Positions 6,618 to 19,300 of a stretch of 56,067 bases of DNA are shown here, one piece after another (positions within the stretch are counted from its first letter, which is position 1; each line of letters starts with the position of its first letter). Position numbers and translations under genes: made by a program. Origin of the DNA: a bacterium (GTDB taxonomy: Bacteria > Hydrothermota > Hydrothermia > UBA1063); NCBI GenBank assembly GCA_030019025.1, contig JASEFR010000010.1:1-56067 (forward strand). The letters run 5' to 3'. Under the pieces are notes generated by a model. That model was given only the letters and a program-made list of their open reading frames with translations, was not told the origin of the DNA and did no database searches.

Positions 6618-7760
6618 TTATTTTTTTATAGAGTCAAGAATTTCTCTGGCCTTCTCCCGAGCTCTTATATCGTAATTTTCAAGAGTTTCAAGGGTTATAT
6701 TTTCAACATTTTCAAAACTCAAACAGGTTTCTATTACGACCCTTTCAATGTCAAGAAAACTAATATATCCCTTTAAAAAGGCGTCAACGGCAACGTCATT
6801 TGCCGCGTTCATCACACAGGGCATCACCCCTCCAGCCTTTAACATTTCATAAGCCAAGTTAAGCAAAGGAAACCTGTCAAAATCCGGCTTATAGAACTCT
6901 AAGGCACCGACTTCAGTAAGATCAAGCTGCACAAAATCACATTCCCACCTTTCTGGATAAGTGAGCGCATATTGAATGGGTATTTTCATGTCAGGATACG
7001 ACATATGAGCGACAAAGGCACCATCTCGTAACTTTAGCATACCATGGACAATTGATTGGGGATGGATCAAAACCTTTATCTTTTCAGGAGGCAAATCAAA
7101 CAGCCAGTAAGCTTCTATGACTTCTAACCCTTTGTTCATAAGGGTCGCTGAATCAACCGTTATCTTTTTTCCCATCCTCCAGACAGGATGCTTTAATACA
7201 TCCTCAATGGTTACCTTTTCCATTTCTTTACGGGTTAAAGTCCTGAAAGGTCCACCCGAAGCAGTCAAGATTAGTACATCCATGTCTCTCTTGTATTTCT
7301 CAAAAAGCTGAAAGAGGGCAGAATGTTCGGAATCAATGGGTATCAGTTCGCCACTGGAATTCAACCAGGTTTCTTTTACAATCGTTCCAAAAGAAACAAG
7401 GGTTTCTTTATTTGCCAGTGCAACCCTCTTACCCCTCTTCAAACCGTGAATAGTTGGATAAACGCCAATATTTCCTGACGTGGCTACAACAATAACATCA
7501 ACATCTTCGCGCTCTGAGACTTCTATCAAGCCTTCTTTACCATATATAGTAGTTATAGGAGGTGATGAAATTTTTAAATTTCCAGTAACTACAGCCACTT
7601 TTGGCTCAAACTCTTTTATTATCCTGTAATAACCTTCCAAATTTTCGTGGACAGAAAAGGCAACAAGTTCAAACTTTTCTCTATATTTTGAAATTACCCT
7701 TAGGGTATTGGTACCTATACTTCCCGTTGCCCCGAAGAGGGCTACTCTACTTCTTCCCAT
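6618..7760 (-). CDS. dxr: 1-deoxy-D-xylulose-5-phosphate reductoisomerase
   Basis: 380 aa with the N-terminal NADPH motif LFGATGSIGTNTL and family-wide similarity. Confidence 0.95.
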   Translation of the reverse strand: MGRSRVALFGATGSIGTNTLRVISKYREKFELVAFSVHENLEGYYRIIKEFEPKVAVVTGNLKISSPPITTIYGKEGLIEVSEREDVDVIVVATSGNIGVYPTIHGLKRGKRVALANKETLVSFGTIVKETWLNSSGELIPIDSEHSALFQLFEKYKRDMDVLILTASGGPFRTLTRKEMEKVTIEDVLKHPVWRMGKKITVDSATLMNKGLEVIEAYWLFDLPPEKIKVLIHPQSIVHGMLKLRDGAFVAHMSYPDMKIPIQYALTYPERWECDFVQLDLTEVGALEFYKPDFDRFPLLNLAYEMLKAGGVMPCVMNAANDVAVDAFLKGYISFLDIERVVIETCLSFENVENITLETLENYDIRAREKAREILDSIKK

Positions 7761-8235
7761 CCACTATGAGCTCTTGTATTAACTTTTCAAACTCATCCTT
7801 TGAAACAAATCCAATCTTGACATCATGAATGTAGCCCTCTTTATCAATAATAAAAGTCGTGGGTATATACTGGAGACGATAAATAGCATTATAACTTTCT
7901 AATATTTCCTTCGTTGCCATTGCAACAGGATAATTCATTTTGTTTTTCCTGTAAAACTCTTTAACCGGCTCAATACCTCTATCAACGGAAATGCCTACTA
8001 TTTCCAGCCTTTTAGCGTATTTTTTCTTCAACTCCACAAAACCGGGAATTTCCTTTTTACATGGTGGGCACCATGTAGCCCAGAAATCAAGGATTACTAC
8101 TTTACCCCTAAGGTCGGACAAGGCCACCTTCTTCCCATCAATAGTGGTGACTGTAAAATCGGGAGCCAGCTTTTTCTGCTGCGCCGATAGTATCCCTATT
8201 AGAAGTAGAATCGTGCCGAATATCTTAAACTTCAT
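7747..8235 (-). CDS. TlpA/ResA-like thiol-disulfide oxidoreductase, secreted
   Basis: 162 aa with a signal peptide and the WATWCPPCKKE thioredoxin motif. It overlaps dxr by 14 nt. Confidence 0.85.
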   Translation of the reverse strand: MKFKIFGTILLLIGILSAQQKKLAPDFTVTTIDGKKVALSDLRGKVVILDFWATWCPPCKKEIPGFVELKKKYAKRLEIVGISVDRGIEPVKEFYRKNKMNYPVAMATKEILESYNAIYRLQYIPTTFIIDKEGYIHDVKIGFVSKDEFEKLIQELIVDGKK

Positions 8236-8245
8236 ACTGCCTCCT

Positions 8246-8273
8246 TTGAAATGTTCATTATGAGACTTATAAT
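8246..8273 (+). promoter_or_regulatory. Sigma70-type promoter
   Basis: TTGAAA (8246-8251), a 16-nt spacer and TATAAT (8268-8273), upstream of the 8294 gene. Confidence 0.5.
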
Positions 8274-8293
8274 TTTAATGGAGCATTAGAAAA

Positions 8294-9223
8294 TTGCAAA
8301 AGTCTTTGAAATTTATATTACTGTTTTATCTTTGTGGCTCTGGATTTGTTTCAGCCGAGAAGTATAGGGGAGAAATTTTCCTTCTTTTAAGAGACCCTGT
8401 ATCAACGGCAAAGGGCAATACGGGTATTTCTGACCCACAATCCTTAGGCACCGTTTTATTAAATCCATCTTTAGTCAATCTGGTAAATCCCGGAGTATAC
8501 TTTTCCCATTTTGAAGTTTATAGTGGTTTGATAGCTGCAGAGAACTTGAATCTGAAGATTGATATAGATGGGGCTTTAAACAAAAACGCTATCAATATCT
8601 TTTATCTTCACTCTGACCCTATGGAGGTCACACGATTAAAGGACGAAAACCTGGGTATTGTAGAGGGAAATATTGAAGTCGACGGAACTCAACTCTACAG
8701 ATTTTATCTATTCTCCTGGGTAACTGGCAAAGAAATCAGCGAAAAATCGTATTTTGGTGCTAGCATTAAATTGTTCCGTGAATCCTTTTATAATTACGCT
8801 GAAAATGGGGCAGGAGTTGATTTGGGATACTTCGTTCGCTTTAAAAACTTAGCACTCGGAATAACTGCAAGAGATGTCTTCTTCTCAATATTTAAAGGAA
8901 AGTCATTGGAAGTCGTACATCCTTCCTTTGTCTTAGGATTAACAAAGATTTCTAAAAATCTGAATTGGAGCATGGAGGCTGAGCTTTTCAGTGACGGCCC
9001 ATATCCAGGTGCGATAATTAGCTTAGGAAGATTGAGTATTGATTTTAAATTTGGTGCAGAGTATAGGCCGATGGATAATTTTGCGGTGAGGATGGGATTT
9101 TATAGAGGGTATTTCAACGCGGGCGCAGGTATTAAGTGGAAAAAATTAAATTTAGACTACTCAATCTCACCCAATCCCGAGCTCAATGTTACTCACAAAA
9201 TAGGTGCAGGTATATGCTTCTGA
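8294..9223 (+). CDS. Outer-membrane beta-barrel protein, PorV/PorQ-like (UPF0164-like)
   Basis: 309 aa with a TTG start and a signal peptide. The N-terminal part FLLLRDPVSTAKGNTGISDP...LLNPSLV resembles PorV-family motifs, and the protein ends in an aromatic residue. Confidence 0.45.
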   Translation: MQKSLKFILLFYLCGSGFVSAEKYRGEIFLLLRDPVSTAKGNTGISDPQSLGTVLLNPSLVNLVNPGVYFSHFEVYSGLIAAENLNLKIDIDGALNKNAINIFYLHSDPMEVTRLKDENLGIVEGNIEVDGTQLYRFYLFSWVTGKEISEKSYFGASIKLFRESFYNYAENGAGVDLGYFVRFKNLALGITARDVFFSIFKGKSLEVVHPSFVLGLTKISKNLNWSMEAELFSDGPYPGAIISLGRLSIDFKFGAEYRPMDNFAVRMGFYRGYFNAGAGIKWKKLNLDYSISPNPELNVTHKIGAGICF

Positions 9224-9789
9224 GAAAAGCGCTACATCTGTCAACAATTATTTTATTATCTTTCTTAAAGTATTTGCACACTCACGGTGACAAAAAAGCC
9301 GGTCTCATCTTGATGTTATCCCTCAGTGCCATTGCGATTTTGCTTGAAATTGCAAGAAATATGATCCCAAGCCTAAAAAATCTCTTTCTGAAAATCTTCT
9401 CCCCCCTTTTAAAGGAGGAGGAAAAAGCAGGAAAGGTAACAGGTGCATCTTTCCTAATAATTTCAATGACTTTGAGTTATGCCATTTTCGACTTTGAGTA
9501 CTTCTATTATGCATCCCTAATTGCAATCCTTGTTGATGGATTAACGCCATTAATTACACTCCTTCTTTTTAGAAAAAACAATAAGGACCATCACCATCTT
9601 ATAACATTTCTAATTTCTGCGATAATTGTAGCCTTTATCGTGAATTCTGGACTTCCATTAATAGTAAAATTAACCACAAGTGTAATTGTCTCCTTGATAG
9701 AATACATTAACCCACCCCCTGATGATAATTTTTACGCAGAATTTCTTGGAACCTTTATAATTTATTTACTGGCAAAGCTTTTCAGCTAA
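9214..9789 (+). CDS. Polytopic membrane protein, divergent polyprenol/diacylglycerol kinase (CTP-dependent, CdsA/dolichol-kinase superfamily)-like
   Basis: I use the internal ATG at 9214; the track ORF starts at 9136 inside the preceding gene. The protein has multiple TM helices and is similar to the C-terminal half of the 50471..51670 product. Confidence 0.4.
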   Translation: MLLRKALHLSTIILLSFLKYLHTHGDKKAGLILMLSLSAIAILLEIARNMIPSLKNLFLKIFSPLLKEEEKAGKVTGASFLIISMTLSYAIFDFEYFYYASLIAILVDGLTPLITLLLFRKNNKDHHHLITFLISAIIVAFIVNSGLPLIVKLTTSVIVSLIEYINPPPDDNFYAEFLGTFIIYLLAKLFS

Positions 9790-9805
9790 AAAAGGAGGAG
9801 TAAAT

Positions 9806-10997
9806 ATGAAGAAGGTCTTTGGGTTATTAATTTTTGTTGCAACGCTATACGCTCAATCAGTTGACGAAAAGTTACAACAGGCAAAAGTACTCGAAGAAAG
9901 GAAAGATTTTGAAAATGCCCTCTCCATTTACAAAGAGGTTTTAGGTTCGAGAGGACTGGACAAAAACAGGAAATTTGAAGTTTACCTCAACATAGCAGAC
10001 TTAGAATTAGACAAGTTTAACAGACCCGACTCGGCCATTAAATATCTCCAGGCAGCAAGGAAAGATTTCACCGATGCTTATAGGAAAATGGACGAAGTTT
10101 TTTACAGGCTCGGCCTCGCATATGAAAAGCTGGGTGATTATCAAAACGCTGCCGATGCTTATCAGACCGTAGCGGTGAGATTCCAAAAGAGCAAATACCT
10201 TTCTCATGCCTTAGATGGTGTGGAAAGAGTTTTCAGAAAAAATTTCAAAGAATATGTTGCCTTCGTTGATGATGAGCCTATTACAAGGCTTGAATTAGAG
10301 AGGGAACTGGAAAACATCCCGCCCTTTGCAAGGGCTCAATACGAAACAGAAGAAGGGAAACAAAAACTGCTGAAAAATCTCATTCAGAAACGTCTTCTTG
10401 TGAAAGAAGCAGAAAACAGGAAGATGTACTTAGCCTCTTCCTATCAAGAAGAAATGAAAAGGGCGCGTGAACAAGCTTTAATAAGGGCTCTCTTCCAGAA
10501 TGTTTCTCAGAACATCTCCGTTGACGAAAAAGAGATTAAAGAATATTACGAAAAGAACAAAGATTCAAAGTACAGAATTCCTGCTTCAGTTACATTCCGG
10601 GCAATCGTAGTAAATTCTAAGGAAACAGCAGATACTGTATACAACCTTCTTAGAAAAGGCGCCGATTTTGACTCCCTTTTCGCCAAGTACAACACAGACG
10701 AACAACTCAAATCTACATCTGGACTCAAAAAAGATGTTCCAGAAAGTGGAAGACCTCAAGAACTTGTAACCGCAGCGTTAAAAATGAAAAAAGGCCAAAT
10801 TAGTAAGCCAATCAAACTGGAAAAAGAAAACAAGTACGCTGTAATCAGAGTGGAAGAAGAACCCAAAAAAGCCTCATACAGGAACATTGATGAAGTCAGA
10901 GATGAAATCGAAAGAAACATAAAGGCAGAAAAAACTAAAAAGGCATGGGATAGCCTTATCGACACTTTGTGGCAAAAGTACAATGTAAAGATTGTTA

Positions 10998-11017
<20 letters not shown>
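9806..11017 (+). CDS. Periplasmic chaperone/peptidyl-prolyl isomerase (SurA/PpiC-type parvulin domain with N-terminal TPR)
   Basis: 403 aa with SD GGAGGAG and a signal peptide. A parvulin-like segment reads FDSLFAKYNTDE...KKGQISKPIKLE..YAVIRVEE. Confidence 0.65.
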
Positions 11018-12771
<1,754 letters not shown>

Positions 12772-12791
<20 letters not shown>

Positions 12792-13281
12792 CCCCTGTTA
12801 ATACCTTTCTCAAACTTTTTTTCGCGTTATTTAAACGAGATTTTACCGTTCCTATCGGTATATTCAAAAGTCGGGAAATCTCTTCATATTGAAAACCTTC
12901 CATATAGTAAAGCGTTAATATCTCTCTTTCCCAATCTTTTAGTTTTTCTAATGCCCTTTCCACTCTAACCACATCCTCTACATCCATCTCCTCAAGAGGT
13001 CCCGGGGCATCAGGGCTTTCATCATTAGCGTATTCCTCAAAATAGACTGGATTAAATTTCTTCTTTTTCCTAAAAAAGTCATTTAAATGGTTTATGGCTA
13101 TACTCATAACCCAAGTTTTCATCGAGCTTTCACCCTTAAATTTTCCAAGATTTTTGTAAATTTTAATAAAAATTTCCTGTGTAATGTCGACAGCCTCATC
13201 GTAATCATTAAGTCTCCAAAAAACATAGTTGAACACCATCTCCTTATAATCGGTATAAACCTCCTCAAACTTAACAGCCAT
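12772..13281 (-). CDS. ECF-family RNA polymerase sigma factor
   Basis: 169 aa. Region 2 reads DITQEIFIKIY and the region 4 HTH reads IPIGTVKSRLNNAKKSL. Confidence 0.9.
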
Positions 13282-13436
13282 TTTTTATTTAGACGCAGAT
13301 TTTACGTCGACTGTTCAAAATTATAAAATGATCCTTAAGTTTAATGACAAAGGGTAATCCGCAGGGGTTAAGACGGAATAGTCAAGGCAAGACAACTTAA
13401 AAATCCATGCAATAATTAACACTTCAGTGCAAAACT

Positions 13437-13465
13437 TTGTAAAATCACATCTTGCAAAATATAAT
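13437..13465 (+). promoter_or_regulatory. Promoter abutting the lpxK start codon (leaderless geometry)
   Basis: TTGTAA, 17-nt spacer, TATAAT, 8 nt, then ATG 13474. No SD is present. Confidence 0.5.
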
Positions 13466-13473
13466 TAACGCAA

Positions 13474-14433
13474 ATGATAAAAGCACTGTTTTCACAATTA
13501 TACGGTTTGGCTTTAAATTTGTGGTATCTGTATGATGAAATCCTCAGAACAAAAGACGTTTTACCTGCCCATGTAATATCCATAGGGAATATAACCACAG
13601 GAGGTACTGGAAAAACCCCACTTACAATTTTTCTTGCACAGAAACTTTCCACTGATAGAAAAGTTGCAATTCTTACGAGGGGCTACAGGAGAAAAGGTAA
13701 GGGAATATACATACTTAAAGAAAACACGCCACTAATGAGGTGGGAAGAAGTTGGAGACGAACCTTACCTAATGTGGAAAAAACTTCGGGGAGGTGTTCCC
13801 ATCCTTATTGGTAAAAATAGATATGAAACAGGGCAAATTGCAATACGCCAATTTAAATGCGAAGTTTTACTGATGGATGATGGTTTCCAGTACTTACCTC
13901 TCAAAAGGGATATAGATATCGTTTGCATAAATCAAGGTACCGTTATTCATGGTGATTACCTCTTACCCAGGGGCACTTTAAGAGAAAAATTTTCAGCCTT
14001 AAAAAGAGCTCACATATTAGTCCTCAACATAAAAGGCGATACCCTTGACCACCGTGCAGTAGAGTTTCTCGAAACCTACAAAAAACCAATCTTCGTAATG
14101 AAATATGAACCTGTAAGGTTTTACAACTTTGAAGGCCAACAAATATCGCTTAATTCTCTCAAGGGCTTTGACGTGGCAGCGCTTTCTGGTATTGCAGACC
14201 CTAAAAGTTTTATTGACCTACTAACTAAAATCGGAATCACACCGAAGGAGATTATTGCCATCAGAGACCACAACATTTATCCCTTGCCGAAGCTGAGAGC
14301 TCTTCTCAAAAAATTTGACTATGTAGTTACTACGGAAAAAGACCTCATTAAATATCCCTCTTTCAAAAATCTTCTCGCCCTTGAGCTCCAGGTAAAAATT
14401 GAAAGGGAAGATGAATTTTTAAAGCTTTTATAA
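13474..14433 (+). CDS. lpxK: Tetraacyldisaccharide 4-prime-kinase
   Basis: 319 aa with the P-loop GNITTGGTGKTP. Confidence 0.9.
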   Translation: MIKALFSQLYGLALNLWYLYDEILRTKDVLPAHVISIGNITTGGTGKTPLTIFLAQKLSTDRKVAILTRGYRRKGKGIYILKENTPLMRWEEVGDEPYLMWKKLRGGVPILIGKNRYETGQIAIRQFKCEVLLMDDGFQYLPLKRDIDIVCINQGTVIHGDYLLPRGTLREKFSALKRAHILVLNIKGDTLDHRAVEFLETYKKPIFVMKYEPVRFYNFEGQQISLNSLKGFDVAALSGIADPKSFIDLLTKIGITPKEIIAIRDHNIYPLPKLRALLKKFDYVVTTEKDLIKYPSFKNLLALELQVKIEREDEFLKLL

Positions 14434-15501
14434 CTTCATTTTAAGCCACGGAACAACACCCATACCCATCGATAAAAGAAGCGGGAAAAACGTAGAAAAA
14501 AATTCGTTTACCTTTCCTGCCTGGCCAGAGACTTTAAAAAATTGTATAAAGACCCAGAATAAAAATGAAATTATCAAAGCGAGGCCAAAAGAATAGGTCT
14601 TCCCACGTGCTTTTATCGAAACCGCCAGTGGCAGGGCAAAAAAAGCAAACACAAAAGCCGTTAAAGGAAAAGAAAACCTATAAAGAAGCTCAACTATCTC
14701 TTCTTTAAATTGTAATCTCATGCGTTTCTTATAGGATACAAGCTTTAAAAGCTGTTTTGCACTCATCTCTTCAATCTGGGTTTTCTTTTTAATAACCTCA
14801 AAAGGGGAGACTCCCGATATTAGGACCTTTTTTTTGTGGAAAGCAATGGAATCTTTATCAATTCCAAGAAACCTTTCCTTTACATTAAAGAGTTCATATG
14901 TTTTTCCAACAATGATGCAGGAATCTGCATCTATTCTTACCCTTGGACCGTTTTCGCTTAAGACCATAACAATAACACCAAGCCCCTTTCTTTCTCGGGC
15001 ATTTAACCGGGAGAAATAAAATAGAGTATCATTATTCATAAAACTGAAATCGGAAACCACAGGGTAATAGAAGTAATACTCGCTCTTCTCAATATTCGCC
15101 TTTCTAACTCTTGTAGATTTCTGAAGTCCTGGGAAAGCCAAGAACTCCCCGTTTAAAAACATTAGGATAGATAGGAGAAAGGTAAACAGTAAAATCTTTG
15201 AAATAATTTTACGAACATTAATTCCCGAAATTCTTATAAGCAAAATCTCATTTCTATAGGCACTCTGCTGGAAGAGGAAAAAAGAGGCAATGAGAAATGC
15301 AAAAGGTGCTAACAAATTAAAAATAAAAGGAATCTGAAAAATGTAAAATTTAAAAATGTCAACGAGTCTGGCTTTATTAGCAATAAAGTAACCCAATCTC
15401 TCAAAGAAATTCACTATTACAAAAATGGCAACCGAAGAAGCCGAAAAAATCAAAAAAAATTTCAGTAATTCGAGAAAGAAATATTTATCGATTTTTTTCA
15501 T
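14428..15501 (-). CDS. LptF/LptG-family LPS export permease
   Basis: 357 aa with YjgP/YjgQ-type topology: three TM helices, a periplasmic beta-jellyroll, then three TM helices. Confidence 0.8.
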   Translation of the reverse strand: MKKIDKYFFLELLKFFLIFSASSVAIFVIVNFFERLGYFIANKARLVDIFKFYIFQIPFIFNLLAPFAFLIASFFLFQQSAYRNEILLIRISGINVRKIISKILLFTFLLSILMFLNGEFLAFPGLQKSTRVRKANIEKSEYYFYYPVVSDFSFMNNDTLFYFSRLNARERKGLGVIVMVLSENGPRVRIDADSCIIVGKTYELFNVKERFLGIDKDSIAFHKKKVLISGVSPFEVIKKKTQIEEMSAKQLLKLVSYKKRMRLQFKEEIVELLYRFSFPLTAFVFAFFALPLAVSIKARGKTYSFGLALIISFLFWVFIQFFKVSGQAGKVNEFFSTFFPLLLSMGMGVVPWLKMKL

Positions 15502-15511
15502 TAATTTTGTA

Positions 15512-16285
15512 CTATCTAATGGTGTACGAAGTCGAAATCAAATAAGTTGTTCCAAGCTCCCTTGAAGATCCAAAGGAAATATCAACTCCGTAGGTATCGG
15601 TTTTAAGACCAAGTCCCAGCCGTATCTCCCGCTCCAATACAGCAACTCTAAGTCCAAACCCTTCAGTAAACCAGAGCTCAGTCCCAAACCTATAGGTCAT
15701 CTTCTCCGGCGTTTTATCAATCCCTAACACCCACGTAACAGGTTCGGGTATATTAAAGGAAGTGAAGAATAAAAGTTCATCCAAAGACTTTTCGCTCCTA
15801 TCATAAAAACCTACCGAAGTTCTGAGAAAGTTGAGATGCATCAAAGAGAAGTTAAAAATACCAACCTTTGCAAAAAGCCCATAATCCAGGGAAAGAGAGG
15901 ATGAAGCGAGGTCATCTTCTATATTTTTAAGATATTTAATACGAGAATTAATTCCGACTCCGCAATTACTTTTTTTAAATCCAACTCCCATTAGAAACGT
16001 ATAATCGGAATAAACGTCCTTAATGCCAGTCTTTAAAATCCCAAGCGCTAAACCCAACTTATTGATTTTTGTAGAAGCAGAAAAGTGAATATCGGTCAAT
16101 TCCGATGCAAAGTAGCTCTGTCTAATTCCGAGAACGCCAGAAAATTTTGAATTTGGTATCATGGAAGGGTTTATAAAAACCGCGTCCGACTTCAGGGAGG
16201 AGGGATTGTAAAGCCCACCCAGGGCATAAGTCTGAGCGGACACACCGCTTAAATAACCTATTAAAAATGCCAGAGTAACCATCAT
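15512..16285 (-). CDS. Small outer-membrane beta-barrel protein (hypothetical)
   Basis: 257 aa with a signal peptide ending VSAQ, alternating beta-strand pattern and a C-terminal aromatic-rich strand. Confidence 0.4.
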   Translation of the reverse strand: MMVTLAFLIGYLSGVSAQTYALGGLYNPSSLKSDAVFINPSMIPNSKFSGVLGIRQSYFASELTDIHFSASTKINKLGLALGILKTGIKDVYSDYTFLMGVGFKKSNCGVGINSRIKYLKNIEDDLASSSLSLDYGLFAKVGIFNFSLMHLNFLRTSVGFYDRSEKSLDELLFFTSFNIPEPVTWVLGIDKTPEKMTYRFGTELWFTEGFGLRVAVLEREIRLGLGLKTDTYGVDISFGSSRELGTTYLISTSYTIR

Positions 16286-16327
16286 AGGAAAATTTTAAAT
16301 TAAATGACAGCTTTTTGCAAAACTAAA

Positions 16328-19300
16328 TCAACTTTTACGGAAAGCGCCGTCATCAAAGTTCGAATCAATGGTGGATACCTTGTATGGATTTCTGTAAACC
16401 AACCCACCTTTTTCATTCTTAAATGTCGTTACGCCAACGATCTTCAACCTTGAAATGTTATCTACAACTTCAATTCCGGCACCTTTATGTTCTGAAATCA
16501 CAGAATGATATATTTCAACTAAATGAGTGTGGGAAAGCCTTATACCCCCGCCACTAACTCCCTTTGAAATTTTAGAATTCTTAATTACGCCCTTAGAATT
16601 ATCAAGAAAGATCTGGGCACCGTGCTTATGAATCTCATTATTTTCTGTAATTTCACAGCCAGACATTTTAATTTCCGAATTATTTTTCACTATTAATCCA
16701 TATGCCTTGTTTTTATAAATTTTTGTGTTGTCCAACTCCACAACCGCCCCATCGTCTGCCTTAACTCCATCACCAGCCACACTTTCATATATTTCCGACC
16801 CCCTGGTAATACAGTTAGACGAAATGACTGACAACTGCGCAACATTCGAATCCATTGCATTCGAGTAAATTTGACATTCCTTAATCTTTATTCCTGAGTA
16901 CCACGCAAGGCTTATACCCTCATCCCTATGTCCAAAAATTTTGCAATTTTCGAGTTCAACATAAGATTTAAGCACACCTATCCCCATATTTCCCTTTCCA
17001 TCATGTATGATAGAATCCCTAATAATGGCGTAAGAAGAACCCACCCAGACTTGAGCGGAATTCTCATTTTCACTGCCATTATTTGAAACTTCACCGCTCA
17101 TGAATCTCAACTCAGAATTGTAATATACCTCAATTCCGTGACGCGGATTCTGCGAGACAATCGTATTCTCCATTTCAGCATAGGAGGATTCCATTATTGA
17201 TATACCAGTATTATTAACTCCTGAAACAACTTTGGACGACTTCAAAATTAGCTTGGAGTTTTCTACTTTGATCTGCGCAAAATCTTTATTTTCCTGACCA
17301 TTACTAGAAATTTCACATGCAGTCAAATCGGCAATAGAATTGGACAGGACATAAAGCCCGAAGTTCTCGTTTTTAGTTACATTGCATTCAACTATTTGGA
17401 CGAAAGACCTTTCAATCACCATCCCGGAAACCCCTGAACCATTAGTTATCGTGGTTCTTTCAAACTTTCCACGGCTTGAAGTAATCAGAACTTGAGGAAA
17501 CATTCCATCTTTTCCAAGATTTTCAGAAATGTGGCAATCGCTTACATTAAAGGTTGTATTCGAACTAAACCAAATACCCTGAGAATAGTTGTTGCTGATC
17601 CTCGATTTACTTATGTCAACCACCGATATATCTGTCGCATATATTCCTGCTGCATTATACGAACTATCAACTTCCGAATCGTGTAGTTTCAAAAGACTTG
17701 ACTTAACTTCTATTTGACCCTCGCCATCAATGCCCTTGTTATTCGAATAAATCCTTGAGTTCTTAATAGTGACATTGGAGTTAGCCTCAACAAAAAGCGC
17801 TCTTCTAAAATGGTTGTACACTGCGACATTCTCAAAAATTAAATTTGAATTACGTGCATAAATCCCGTCGTTTTTTATCCCATCAAAAATGCTTGAATTT
17901 TCCATCTTCAGTGTCGCTGAAGAAGACCAGATCTGAGGCGCATGGAAATGTTCATTTCCATTCTGGTGAATTTCACAATCGGCAATCAACACCTCCGAAC
18001 CTGACTTGAGGGTAATTGCATTAAAGAAATGCCTGTAAATATGAGAGCCTACAATTTCGACTCTTGAACCCTCATCAAGTAGGAAACCACTGTTATAAAT
18101 TCCTCCGTGAACCTTTACATTTTTTAGATAGCCCTTGGATGACACAAAAACAAGCTGTGGATTATCTTCATCTTCGTTCCCGTTCCTTGCAATCTCCCCA
18201 TTTCTAATTAATAACTCAGAATCGTCTTTTGCTTCAATCCCGTTGTAATAGTGTCCTGTTACCTTTAGCTCCTCACACTCAAGCAAAGATTTGTCTTCAA
18301 TGGATATTCCAGAATTATTGATTCCGTTGAATATTCTGCAATTTTTCAAACTGGCTTTAGAGGAAACAAGCTTTAACTGTGGATAGTTGTCCTCACTATT
18401 TCCATTTTCTACCAATCTGCTGTTATTCATCTGCAAGGAACCACCGCCATCCATAAATATTCCGTAATAATAGTTCCCACTTATTACCACTTTTTCAAGA
18501 TTCAATTCAGAAGCGTCCGCCCATATACCAGCCCCATTCCCTTTGTCCACCTTACAATTTTTCAAAAGTACTTTACATCCCTTAAAACGCATCTGTGGGC
18601 TGAAAATATCAATCCCATTTTCCTGAAAATCAGAGTGTTGCACTTTTATCTCTGAATTTTCCGCATGAATTCCAATGTATTTGCAATCAATTAACTTTGA
18701 CTTAGAAATAAATACCTTCGAAGATTGAACCTTTAATCCTGAACCATGTAGCTCTACTTTGTTAAGTTCAACAGAACTGTCAGTAGCGTATATAAGGCCA
18801 ATTGTCCTTTCTGGTTCCTTAGTATGCTTAAAGGCTAAATTTTCAACGATAAACTCGGATTTTATGAGTTCAAAGGCTGGTAAAATTTCGGAATACAATA
18901 TTGCTTTTTCCATTCCGCTGAGGACCATCTTTTTGTTTTGGACAGTAATGGGCCTTTCTATCTCTACATCTCCACTTATTTCAACTGCCAGCTCATCGGC
19001 TTCCTCAAGGTGTGTCTCAAGGAAATCGGCAAAGGGAAGTGAGCCGTCATAATTGAAAGTATTAGCAACACCTCCCTTTATAACGGTAGCTTTGGCAAGC
19101 CCTTCTTTAATCTCTACGCGGGGGCTTTCTACATTACGAGCTTTCCTCTTGAGCCTCCTTAAAGCAGGATCCTCCTCAACATTTCTTATCAATTTATTCA
19201 GCGTAAAAACTGCCCACACTGCGAGCTCTTCCTTAATCCCTGTCCCTTCAGCAAAGCCTTTGCCGATGAGGGTTAAATCTTCCTCAGAGAGCGAGCCTGA

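Noticed and set aside
6519-6776. 85-aa plus-strand ORF
   Set aside because: It is a read-through of the tRNA-Ala gene and the antisense of the dxr 3-prime end, so it is not a credible protein.
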